A program made the position numbers and the translations under genes. Shown piece by piece: positions 29,401 to 43,550 of a DNA stretch of 64,000 nt; positions within the stretch are counted from its first letter, which is position 1, and each line of letters starts with the position of its first letter. This DNA is from Eledone cirrhosa. Lineage: Eukaryota. The notes beneath the pieces were generated by a model that saw nothing but the letters and a program-made list of their open reading frames with translations, searched no databases and was not told the DNA's origin. The DNA is taken from positions 52,328,001 to 52,392,000 of the forward strand of contig OZ024746.1 in NCBI GenBank assembly GCA_964016885.1. Direction: 5' to 3'.

Positions 29401-32400
29401 ACTTTGAATAGAGTAGTGTATGGTATAGAATGGTGTATATAGGTGTGTTGTATGGCATGGAATTCTATGTATTGGGTATGTTATCCTTAATATGGAGTAG
29501 TGTATGGTATAGAATGGTGTATAAAGGAATGTGTTGTATGGTATGGAATTCTATGTATTAGGTATGTTATACTGAGTATGGAATAGTGTATGGTATAGAT
29601 TGGTGTATATAGGTGTGTGTTGTATGGTATGGAATTCTATGTATTGGGTATGTTATATTAGTATGGTGTAGTGTATGGTATAGAAAGGTGTATATAGGTG
29701 TGTGTTGTATGGTATGGAATTCTATGTATTGGGTATGTTATACTTAGTATGGAGTAGTGTATGGTATAGAATGGTATATATAGATGTGTGTTGTATGGTA
29801 TGGAATTCTATGTATTGGGTATGTTATATTTAGTATGGAGTAGTGTATGGTATAGAATGGTGTATATAGGTGTGTGTTGTATGGTATGGAATTCTATGTA
29901 TTGGGTATGTTATACTTAGTATGGAGTAGTGTATGGCATAGACTGGTGTATATAGGTCTGTATAGTATGGTATGGAATTCTATGTATTGGGTATGTTATA
30001 CTTTGTATGGAGTAGTGTATGTTATAGAATGATGTATATAGGTGTGTGTTGTATGATATCGAATTCTATGTATTGGGTATGTTATACTTTGTATGGAGTA
30101 GTGTATGGTATAGAATTGTGTATATAGGTGTGTGTTGTATGGTATGGAATTCTATGTATTGGGTATGTTATACTTAGTATGGAGTAGTGTATGATATAGA
30201 ATGGTGTATATAGGTGTGTGTTGTATGGTATGGAATTCTATGTATTGGGTATGTTATACTGAGTATGGAGTAGTGTATGGTATAGAATGGTGTATATAGG
30301 TGTGTGTTGTATGGTATGGAATTCTATGTATTGGTTATGTTATACTTAGTATGGAGTAGTGTATGGCATAGAATGGTGTATATAGGTGTGTCTTGTATAG
30401 TATGGAATTCTATGTATTGGGTATGTTATACTTAACATGGAGTAGTGTATGGTATAGAATGGTGTATATAGGTGTGTGTTGTAAGGTATGGAATTCTATG
30501 TATTGGGTATGTTATACTGAGTATGGAGTAGTGTATGGTATAGAATGGTGTATATATGTGTGTGTTGTATGGTAAGGAATTCTATGTATTAGGTATGTTA
30601 TACTGAGTATGGAGTAGTGTATGGTATAGAATGGTGTATATAGGTGTGTGTTGTATGGTATGGAATTCTTTGAATTGGGTATGTTATATTTAATATGGAG
30701 TAGTGCATGGTATAGACTGGTGTATATAGGTGCGTGTTGTATGGTATGGAATTCTATGTATTGGGTATGTTATACTTAGTATGGAGTAGTGTATGGTATA
30801 GAATGGTGTTAATAGGTGTGTGTTGTATGGTAAGGAATTCTATGTATTAGGTATGGTATACTTTGAATAGAGTAGTGTATGGTATAGAATGGTGTATATA
30901 GGTGTGTTGTAAGGTATGGAATTCTATGTATTGGTTATGTTATACTTTGTATGGAGTAGTGTATGGTATAGAATGGTTTATATAGGTCTGTGTTGTATGG
31001 TATGGAATTCTATGTATTGGGTATGTTATACTGAGTATGGAGTAGTGTATGGTATAGAATGGTGTATATATGTGTGTGTTGTATGGTATGGAATTCTATG
31101 TATTATGTATGTTATACTGAGTATGGAGTATTGTATGGTATAAAATGGTGTATATAGGTGTGTGTTGTATGGTATGGAATTCTATGAATTGGGTATGTTA
31201 TATTTAGTATGGAGTAGTGCATGGTATAGACTGGTGTATACAGGTGTGTGTTGTATGGTATGGAATTCTATGTATTGGGTATGTTATACATAGTATGGAG
31301 TAGTGAATGGTATAGAATGGTGTATATAGGTGTGTGTTGTATGGTAAGGAATTCTATGTATTAGGTATGTTATACTTTGAATAGAGTAGTGTATGGTATA
31401 GAATGGTGTATATAGGTGTGTTGTATGGCATGGAATTCTATGTATTGGTTATGTTATCCTTAATATGGAGTAGTGTATGGTATAGAATGGTGTATAAAGG
31501 AGTGTGTTGTATGGTATGGAATTCTATGTATTAGGTATGTTATACTTTGAATAGAGTAGTGTATGGTATAGAATGGTGTATATAGGTGTGTGTTGTATGG
31601 TATGGAATTCTATGTATTGGGTATGTTATACTTAATATGGAGTAGTGTATGGTATAGAATGGTGTATATAGGTGTGTGTTGTATGGTATGGAATTCTATG
31701 TATTAGCTATGTTATACTGAGTATGGAATAGTGTATGGTATAGATTGGTGTATATAGGTGTGTGTTGTATGGTATGGAATTCTATGTATTGGGTATGTTA
31801 TACTTAGTATGGTGTAGTGTATGGTATAGAATGGTGTATATAGGTGTGTGTTGTATTGTATGGAATTCTATGTATTGGGTATGTTATACTTAGTATGGAG
31901 TAGTGTATGGTATAGAATGGTATATATAGATGTGTGTTGTATGGTATGGAATTCTATGTATTGGATATGTTATATTTAGTATGGAGTAGTGTATGGTATA
32001 GAATGGTGTATATAGGTGTGTGTTGTATGGTATGGAATTCTATGTATTGGGTATGTTATACTTAGTATGGAGTAGTGTATGGCATAGACTGGTGTATATA
32101 GGTCTGTATTGTATGGTATGGAATTCTATGTATTGGGTATGTTATACTTTGTATGGAGTAGTGTATGTTATAGAATGGTGTATATAAGTGTGTGTTGTAT
32201 GATATCGAATTCTATGTATTGGGTATGTTATACTTTGTATGGAGTAGTGTATGGTATAGAATGGTGTATATAGGTGTGTGTTGTATGGTATGGAATTCTA
32301 TGTATTGGGTATGTTATACTGAGTATGGAGTAGTGTATGGTATAGAATGGTGTATATATGTGTGTGTTGTATGGTATGGAATTCTATGTATTATGTATGT

Positions 32401-33265
32401 TATACATAGTATGGAGTATTGTATGGGATAAAATGGTGTATATAGGTGTGTGTTGTATGGTATGGAATTCTATGAATTGGGTATGTTATATTTAGTATGG
32501 AGTAGTGAATGGTATAGAATGGTGTATATAGGTGTGTGTTGTATGGTAAGGAATTCTATGTATTAGGTATGTTATACTTTGAATAGAGTAGTGTATGGTA
32601 TAGACTGGTGTATATAGGTGTGTGTTGTATGGTATGGAATTCTATGTATTGGGTATGTTATACTTAGTATGGAGTAGTGAATGGTATAGAATGGTGTATA
32701 TAGGTGTGTGTTGTATGGTAAGGAATTCTATGTATTAGGTATGTTATACTTTGAATAGAGTAGTGTATGGTATAGAATGGTGTATATAGGTGTGTTGTAT
32801 GGCATGGAATTCTATGTATTGGGTATGTTATCCTTAATATGGAGTAGTGTATGGTATAGAATGGTGTATAAAGGAATGTGTTGTATGGTATGGAATTCTA
32901 TGTATTAGGTATGTTATACTGAGTATGGAATAGTGTATGGTATAGATTGGTGTATATAGGTGTGTGTTGTATGGTATGGAATTCTATGTATTGGGTATGT
33001 TATATTAGTATGGTGTAGTGTATGGTATAGAAAGGTGTATATAGGTGTGTGTTGTATGGTATGGAATTCTATGTATTGGGTATGTTATACTTAGTATGGA
33101 GTAGTGTATGGTATAGAATGGTATATATAGATGTGTGTTGTATGGTATGGAATTCTATGTATTGGGTATGTTATATTTAGTATGGAGTAGTGTATGGTAT
33201 AGAATGGTGTATATAGGTGTGTGTTGTATGGTATGGAATTCTATGTATTGGGTATGTTATACTTA
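26473..33265. repeat. Tandem pair of 3,347-bp (39-monomer) HOR units, type X
   Basis: ORF pairs 27046/30393, 27569/30916 and 28845/32192 are all offset 3347. 39x86-7=3347 fits three 84-bp and one 85-bp monomer per unit. A third, slightly diverged copy lies at ~39.5-42.9 kb (offset 13135). Confidence 0.9.
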
Positions 33266-36200
33266 TTATGGAGTAGTGTATGGCATAGACTGGTGTATAT
33301 AGGTGTGTATTGTATGGTATGGAATTCTATGTATTGGGTATGTTATACTTTGTATGGAGTAGTGTATGTTATAGAATGGTGTATATAGGTGTGTGTTGTA
33401 TGATATCGAATTCTATGTATTGGGTATGTTATACTTTGTATGGAGTAGTGTATGGTATAGAATGGTGTATATAGGTGTGTGTTGTATGGTATGGAATTCT
33501 ATGTATTGGTTATGTTATACTTAGTATGGAGTAGTGTATGGCATAGAATGGTGTATATAGGTGTGTGTTGTATGGTATGGAATTCTATGTATTGGGTATG
33601 TTATACTTAGTATGGAGTAGTGTATGGTATAGAATGGTGTATATAGGTGTGTGTTGTATGGTATGGAATTCTATGTATTGGGTATGATATACTGAGTATG
33701 GAGTAGTGTATGGTATAGTATGGTGTATATAGGTGTGTGTTGTATGGTATGGAATTCTATGTATTGGTTATGTTATACTTAGAATGGAGTAGTGTATGGC
33801 ATAGAATGGTGTATATAGGTATGTCTTGTATAGTATGGAATTCTATGTATTGGGTATGTTATACTTAACATGGAGTAGTGTATGGTATAGAATGGTGTAT
33901 ATAGGTGTGTGTTGTAAGGTATGGAATTCTATGTATTGGGTATGTTATACTGAGTATGGAGTAGTGTATGGTATAGAATGGTGTATATATGTGTGTGTTG
34001 TATGGTATGGAATTCTTTGAATTGGGTATGTTATATTTAGTATGGAGTAGTGTATGGTATAGAATGGTGTATATAGGTGTGTGTTGTATGGTATGGAATT
34101 CTATGTATTGGGTATGTTATACTTATTATGGAGTAGTGTATGGCATAGACTGGTGTATATAGGTGTGTATTGTATGGTATGGAATTCTATGTATTGGGTA
34201 TGTTATACTTTGTATGGAGTAGTGTATGTTATAGAATGGTGTATATAGGTGTGTGTTGTATGATATCGAATTCTATGTATTGGGTATGTTATACTTAGTA
34301 TGGAGTAGTGTATGGTATAGAATGGTGTATATAGGTGTGTGTTGTATGGTAAGGAATTCTATGTATTAGGTATGGTATACTTTGAATAGAGTAGTGTATG
34401 GTATAGAATGGTGTATATAGGTGTGTGTTGTATGGTATGGAATTCTATGTATTGGGTATGTTATCCTTAATATGGAGTAGTGTATGGTATAGAATGGTGT
34501 ATAAAGGAGTGTGTTGTATGGTATGGAATTCTATGTATTAGGTATATTATACTGAGTATGGAATAGTGTATGGTATAGATTGGTGTATATAGGTGTGTGT
34601 TGTATGGTATGGAATTCTATGTATTGGGTATGTTATACTTAGTATGGTGTAGTGTATGGTACAGAATGGTGTATATAGGTGTGTGTTGTATGGTATGGAA
34701 TTCTATGTATTCGGTATGTTATACTCAGTATGGAGTAGTGTATGGTATAGAATGGTGTATATAGGTGTGTCTTGTATGGTATGGAATTCTATGTATTGGG
34801 TATACTATACTTTGAATAGAGTAGTGTATGATATAGTATGGTATATATAGATGTGTGTTGTATGGTATGGAATTCTATGTATTGGGTATGTTATATTAAG
34901 TATGGTGTAGTGTATGGTATAGAATGGTGTATATAGGTGTGTGTTGTATGATATCGAATTCTATGTATTGGGTATGTTATATTTAGTATGGAGTAGTGTA
35001 TGGTATAGAACGGTGTATATAGGTGTGTGTTGTATGGTATGGAATTCTATGTATTAGGTATGTTATACTGAGTTTGGAGTAGTGTATGGTATAGAATGGT
35101 GTATATAGGTGTGTGTTGTATGGTATGGAATTCTATGAATTGGGTATGTTATATTTAGTATGGAGTAGTGTATGGCATAGACTGGTGTATATAGGTGTGT
35201 GTTGTATTGTATGGAATGCTATGTATTGGGTATGTTATACTTTGTATGGAGTAGTGTATGGTATATAATGGTGTATATAGGTGTGTGTTGTATGGTATGG
35301 AATTCTATGTATTGGGTATGTTATACTGTGTATGGAGTAGTGTATGGTATAGAATGGTGTATATATGTGTGTGTTGTATGGTATGGAATTCTATGTATTA
35401 GGTATGTTATACTGAGTTTGGAGTAGTGTATGGTATAGAATGGTGTATATAGGTGTGTGTTGTATGGTATGGAATTCTATGAATTGGGTATGTTATATTT
35501 AGTATGGAGTAGTGTATTGTATAGACTGGTGTATATAGGTGTGTTGTATGCTATGGAAATCTATGTATTGGGTATGTTATACTTAGTATGGAGTAGTGTA
35601 TGGTATAGAATGGTGTATATAGGTGTGTGTTGTATGGTATGGAATTCTATGTATTGGGTATGTTATATTTAGTATGGAGTAGTGTATGGTATAGAATGGT
35701 GTATATAGGTGTGTGTTGTATGGTATGGAATTCTATGTATTGGGTATGTTATACTTAGTATGGAGTAGTGTATGGCATAGACTGTTGTATATAGGTGTGT
35801 GTTGTATGGTATGGAATGCTATGTATTGGGTATGTTATATTTTGTATGGAGTAGTGTATGGTATAGAATGGTGTATATAGGTGTGTGTTGTATGGTATGG
35901 AATTCTATGTATTGTGTATGTTATACTTAATATGGAGGAGTGTATGGTATAGAATGGTGTATATAGGTGTGTGTTGTATGGTATGGAATTCTATGTATTA
36001 GGTATGTTATACTGAGTATGGAGTAGTGTATGGTATAGAATGGTGTATATAGGTGTGTGTTGTATAGTATGGAATTCTATGAATTGGGTATGTTATATTT
36101 AGTATGGAGTAGTGTATGGTATAGCATGGTGTATATAGGTGTGTGTTGTATGGTATGGAATTCTATATATTGGGTATGGTATATTTAGTATGGAGGAGTG

Positions 36201-39200
36201 TATGGCATAGACTGTTGTATATAGGTGTGTGTTGTATGGTATGGAATGCTATGTATTGGGTATGTTATAATTTTTATGGAGTAGTGTATGGTATAGTATG
36301 GTGTATATGGGTGTGTGTTGTATGGAATTCTATGTATTGGGTATGGTATACTTAGTATGGAGTAGTTTATGGTATAGAATGGTGTATATAGGTGTGTGTT
36401 ATATGGTATGGAATTCTATGTATTGGGTATGTTATACTTTGTATGGAGTAGTGTATGGCATAGACTGGTGTATATAGGTGTGTGATGTATGGTATGGAAT
36501 TCTATGTATTCGGTATGTTATACTTAGTATGGAGTAGTGTATGGTATAGTATGGTGTATATAGGTATGTCTTGTATGGTAAGGAATTCTATGTATTAGGT
36601 ATGTTACACTTTGAATAGAGTAGGGTATGGTATAGAATGGTGTATATAGGTGTGTGTTGAATGGTAGGGAATTCTATGTATTGGGTATGTTATATTTAAT
36701 ATGGAGTAGTGTATGGTATAGAATGGTGTATATAGGTGTGTGTTGTATGGTATTGAATTCTATGTATTGGGTATGTTGTACTTAGTATGGAGTAGTGTAC
36801 GGTATAGGATGATGTATATAGGTGTGTGTTGTATGGTATGGAATTCTATGTATTGGTTATGTTATCCTTAGTATGGAGTAGTGTAGTGCATAGAATGGTG
36901 TATATAGGTGTGTCTTGTATGGTATGGAATTCTATGTATTGGGTATGTTATACTTAGTATTGAGTAGTGTATGCTATAGTATGGTGTATATAGGTGTGTC
37001 TTGGATGGTAAGGAATTCTATGTATTGGGTATGTCATACTTTGAATAGAGTAGTGTATGATATAGTATGGTATATATAGATGTGTGTTGTATGGTATGGA
37101 ATTCTATGTATTGGTTATGTTATACTTAGTATGGAGTAGTGTATGGCATAGAATGGTGTATATAGGTGTGTCTTGTATAGTATGGAATTCTATGTATTGG
37201 TTATGTTATACTTAACATGGAGTAGTGTATGGTATAGAATGGTGTATATAGGTGTGTGTTGTATGGTATGGAATTCTATGTATTGGGTATGTTATACTGA
37301 GTATGGAGTAGTGTATGGTATAGAATGGTGTATATATGTGTGTGTTGTATGGTAAGGAATTCTATGTATTAGGTATGTTATACTGAGTATGGAGTAGTGT
37401 ATGGTATAGAATGGTGTATATAGGTGTGTGTTGTATGGTATGGAATTCTTTGAATTGGGTATGTTATACTTAACATGGAGTAGTGTATGGTATAGAATGG
37501 TGTATATAGGTGTGTGTTGTAAGGTATGGAATTCTATGTATTGGGTATGTTATACTGAGTATGGAGTAGTGTATGGTATAGAATGGTGTATATATGTGTA
37601 TGTTGTATGGTAAGGAATTCTATGTATTAGGTATGTTATACTGAGTATGGAGTAGTGTATGGTATAGAATGGTGTATATAGGTGTGTGTTGTATGGTATG
37701 GAATTCTTTGAATTGGGTATGTTATATTTAATATGGAGTAGTGCATGGTATAGACTGGTGTATATAGGTGTGTGTTGTATGGTATGGAATTCTATGTATT
37801 GGGTATGTTATACTTAGTATGGAGTAGTGTATGGTATAGAATGGTGTATATAGGTGTGTGTTGTATGGTAAGGAATTCTATGTATTAGGTATGGTATACT
37901 TTGAATAGAGTAGTGTATGGTATAGAATGGTGTATATAGGTGTGTGTTGTATGGTATGGAATTCTATGTATTGGGTATGTTATCCTTAATATGGAGTAGT
38001 GTATGGTATAGAATGGTGTATAAAGGAGTGTGTTGTATGGTATGGAATTCTATGTATTAGGTATGTTATACTGAGTATGGAATAGTGTATGGTATAGATT
38101 GGTGTATATAGGTGTGTGTTGTATGGTATGGAATTCTATGTACTGGGTATGTTATACTTAGTATGGTGTAGTGTATGGTACAGAATGGTGTATATAGGTG
38201 TGTGTTGTATGGTATGGAATTCTATGTATTCGGTATGTTATACTCAGTATGGAGTAGTGTATGGTATAGAATGGTGTATATAGGTGTGTCTTGTATGGTA
38301 TGGAATTCTATGTATTGGGTATACTATACTTTGAATAGAGTAGTGTATGATATAGTATGGTATATATAGATGTGTGTTGTATGGTATGGAATTCTATGTA
38401 TTGGGTATGTTATATTAAGTATGGTGTAGTGTATGGTATAGAATGGTGTATATAGGTGTGTGTTGTATGATATCGAATTCTATGTATTGGGTATGTTATA
38501 TTTAGTATGGAGTAGTGTATGGTATAGAACGGTGTATATAGGTGTGTGTTGTATGGTATGGAATTCTATGTATTGGTTATGTTATATTTAGTATGGAGTA
38601 GTGTATGGCATAGACTGGTGTATATAGGTGTGTGTTGTATTGTATGGAATGCTATGTATTGTGTATGTTATACTTTGTATGGAGTAGTGTATGGTATATA
38701 ATGGTGTATATAGGTGTGTGTTGTATGGTATGGAATTCTATGTATTGGGTATGTTATACTGTGTATGGAGTAGTGTATGGTATAGAATGGTGTATATATG
38801 TGTGTGTTGTATGGTATGGAATTCTATGTATTAGGTATGTTATACTGAGTTTGGAGTAGTGTATGGTATAGAATGGTGTATATAGGTGTGTGTTGTATGG
38901 TATGGAATTCTATGAATTGGGTATGTTATATTTAGTATGGAGTAGTGTATTGTATAGACTGGTGTATATAGGTGTGTTGTATGCTATGGAAATCTATGTA
39001 TTGGGTATGTTATACTTAGTATGGAGTAGTGTATGGTATAGAATGGTGTATATAGGTGTGTGTTGTATGGTATGGAATTCTATGTATTGGGTATGTTATA
39101 TTTAGTATGGAGTAGTGTATGGTATAGAATGGTGTATATAGGTGTGTGTTGTATGGTATGGAATTCTATGTATTGGGTATGTTATACTTAGTATGGAGTA

Positions 39201-42200
39201 GTGTATGGCATAGACTGTTGTATATAGGTGTGTGTTGTATGGTATGGAATGCTATGTATTGGGTATGTTATATTTTGTATGGAGTAGTGTATGGTATAGA
39301 ATGGTGTATATAGGTGTGTGTTGTATGGTATGGAATTCTATGTATTGTGTATGTTATACTTAATATGGAGGAGTGTATGGTATAGAATGGTGTATATAGG
39401 TGTGTGTTGTATGGTATGGAATTCTATGTATTAGGTATGTTATACTGAGTATGGAGTAGTGTATGGTATAGAATGGTGTATATAGGTGTGTGTTGTATGG
39501 TATGGAATTCTATGTATTGGGTATGTTATACTTAGTATGGAGTAGTGTATGGTATAGAATGGTATATATAGATGTGTGTTGTATGGTATGGAATTCTATG
39601 TATTGGATATGTTATATTTAGTATGGAGTAGTGTATGGTATAGAATGGTGTATATAGGTGTGTGTTGTATGGTATGGAATTCTATGTATTGGGTATGTTA
39701 TACTTAGTATGGAGTAGTGTATGGCATAGACTGGTGTATATAGGTCTGTATAGTATGGTATGGAATTCTATGTATTGGGTATGTTATACTTTGTATGGAG
39801 TAGTGTATGTTATAGAATGATGTATATAGGTGTGTGTTGTATGATATCGAATTCTATGTATTGGGTATGTTATACTTTGTATGGAGTAGTGTATGGTATA
39901 GAATTGTGTATATAGGTGTGTGTTGTATGGTATGGAATTCTATGTATTGGGTATGTTATACTTAGTATGGAGTAGTGTATGATATAGAATGGTGTATATA
40001 GGTGTGTGTTGTATGGTATGGAATTCTATGTATTGGGTATGTTATACTGAGTATGGAGTAGTGTATGGTATAGAATGGTGTATATAGGTGTGTGTTGTAT
40101 GGTATGGAATTCTATGTATTGGTTATGTTATACTTAGTATGGAGTAGTGTATGGCATAGAATGGTGTATATAGGTGTGTCTTGTATAGTATGGAATTCTA
40201 TGTATTGGGTATGTTATACTTAACATGGAGTAGTGTATGGCATAGAATGGTGTATATAGGTGTGTGTTGTAAGGTATGGAATTCTATGTATTGTGTATGT
40301 TATACTGAGTATGGAGTAGTGTATGGTATAGAATGGTGTATATATGTGTGTGTTGTATGGTAAGGAATTCTATGTATTAGGTATGTTATACTGAGTATGG
40401 AGTAGTGTATGGTATAGAATGGTGTATATAGGTGTGTGTTGTATGGTATGGAATTCTTTGAATTGGGTATGTTATATTTAATATGGAGTAGTGCATGGTA
40501 TAGACTGGTGTATATAGGTGCGTGTTGTATGGTATGGAATTCTATGTATTGGGTATGTTATACTTAGTATGGAGTAGTGTATGGTATAGAATGGTGTATA
40601 TAGGTGTGTGTTGTATGGTAAGGAATTCTATGTATTAGGTATGGTATACTTTGAATAGAGTAGTGTATGGTATAGAATGGTGTATATAGGTGTGTTGTAA
40701 GGTATGGAATTCTATGTATTGGTTATGTTATACTTTGTATGGAGTAGTGTATGGTATAGAATGGTTTATATAGGTCTGTGTTGTATGGTATGGAATTCTA
40801 TGTATTGGGTATGTTATACTGAGTATGGAGTAGTGTATGGTATAGAATGGTGTATATATTTGTGTGTTGTATGGTATGGAATTCTATGTATTATGTATGT
40901 TATACTGAGTATGGAGTATTGTATGGTATAAAATGGTGTATATAGGTGTGTGTTGTATGGTATGGAATTCTATGAATTGGGTATGTTATATTTAGTATGG
41001 AGTAGTGCATGGTATAGACTGGTGTATACAGGTGTGTGTTGTATGGTATGGAATTCTATGTATTGGGTATGTTATACATAGTATGGAGTAGTGAATGGTA
41101 TAGAATGGTGTATATAGGTGTGTGTTGTATGGTAAGGAATTCTATGTATTAGGTATGTTATACTTTGAATAGAGTAGTGTATGGTATAGAATGGTGTATA
41201 TAGGTGTGTTGTATGGCATGGAATTCTATGTATTGGTTATGTTATCCTTAATATGGAGTAGTGTATGGTATAGAATGGTGTATAAAGGAGTGTGTTGTAT
41301 GGTATGGAATTCTATGTATTAGGTATGTTATACTTTGAATAGAGTAGTGTATGGTATAGAATGGTGTATATAGGTGTGTGTTGTATGGTATGGAATTCTA
41401 TGTATTGGGTATGTTATACTTAATATGGAGTAGTGTATGGTATAGAATGGTGTATATAGGTGTGTGTTGTATGGTATGGAATTCTATGTATTAGCTATGT
41501 TATACTGAGTATGGAATAGTGTATGGTATAGATTGGTGTATATAGGTGTGTGTTGTATGGTATGGAATTCTATGTATTGGGTATGTTATACTTAGTATGG
41601 TGTAGTGTATGGTATAGAATGGTGTATATAGGTGTGTGTTGTATGGTATGGAATTCTATGTATTGGGTATGTTATACTTAGTATGGAGTAGTGTATGGTA
41701 TAGAATGGTATATATAGATGTGTGTTGTATGGTATGGAATTCTATGTATTGGATATGTTATATTTAGTATGGAGTAGTGTATGGTACAGAATGGTGTATA
41801 TAGGTGTGTGTTGTATGGTATGGAATTCTATGTATTGGGTATGTTATACTTAGTATGGAGTAGTGTATGGCATAGACTGGTGTATATAGGTCTGTATTGT
41901 ATGGTATGGAATTCTATGTATTGGGTATGTTATACTTTGTATGGAGTAGTGTATGTTATAGAATGGTGTATATAAGTGTGTGTTGTATGATATCGAATTC
42001 TATGTATTGGGTATGTTATACTTTGTATGGAGTAGTGTATGGTATAGAATGGTGTATATAGGTGTGTGTTGTATGGTATGGAATTCTATGTATTGGGTAT
42101 GTTATACTGAGTATGGAGTAGTGTATGGTATAGAATGGTGTATATATGTGTGTGTTGTATGGTATGGAATTCTATGTATTATGTATGTTATACTGAGTAT

Positions 42201-43550
42201 GGAGTATTGTATGGGATAAAATGGTGTATATAGGTGTGTGTTGTATGGTATGGAATTCTATGAATTGGGTATGTTATATTTAGTATGGAGTAGTGCATGG
42301 TATAGACTGGTGTATATAGGTGTGTGTTGTATGGTATGGAATTCTATGTATTGGGTATGTTATACTTAGTATGGAGTAGTGAATGGTATAGAATGGTGTA
42401 TATAGGTGTGTGTTGTATGGTAAGGAATTCTATGTATTAGGTATGTTATACTTTGAATAGAGTAGTGTATGGTATAGAATGGTGTATATAGGTGTGTTGT
42501 ATGGCATGGAATTCTATGTATTGGGTATGTTATCCTTAGTATGGAGTAGAGTATGGTATAGAATGGTGTATAAAGGAATGTGTTGTATGGTATGGAATTC
42601 TATGTATTAGGTATGTTATACTGAGTATGGAATAGTGTATGGTATAGATTGGTGTATATAGGTGTGTGTTGTATGGTATGGAATTCTATGTATTGGGTAT
42701 GTTATATTAGTATGGTGTAGTGTATGGTATAGAAAGGTGTATATAGGTGTGTGTTGTATGGTATGGAATTCTATGTATTGGGTATGTTATACTTAGTATG
42801 GAGTAGTGTATGGTATAGAATGGTATATATAGATGTGTGTTGTATGGTATGGAATTCTATGTATTGGGTATGTTATATTTAGTATGGAGTAGTGTATGGT
42901 ATAGAATGGTGTATATAGGTGTGTGTTGTATGGTATGGAATTCTATGTATTGGGTATGTTATACTTATTATGGAGTAGTGTATGGCATAGACTGGTGTAT
43001 ATAGGTGTGTATTGTATGGTATGGAATTCTATGTATTGGGTATGTTATACTTTGTATGGAGTAGTGTATGTTATAGAATGGTGTATATAGGTGTGTGTTG
43101 TATGATATCGAATTCTATGTATTGGGTATGTTATACTTTGTATGGAGTAGTGTATGGTATAGAATGGTGTATATAGGTGTGTGTTGTATGGTATGGAATT
43201 CTATGTATTGGTTATGTTATACTGAGTATGGAGTAGTGTATGGCATAGAATGGTATATATAGGTGTGTGTTGTATGGTATGGAATTCTATGTATTGGGTA
43301 TGTTATACTTAGTATGGAGTAGTGTATGGTATAGAATGGTGTATATAGGTGTGTGTTGTATGGTATGGAATTCTATGTATTGGGTATGATATACTGAGTA
43401 TGGAGTAGTGTATGGTATAGTATGGTGTATATAGGTGTGTGTTGTATGGTATGGAATTCTATGTATTGGTTATGTTATACTTAGAATGGAGTAGTGTATG
43501 GCATAGAATGGTGTATATAGGTGTGTCTTGTATAGTATGGAATTCTATGT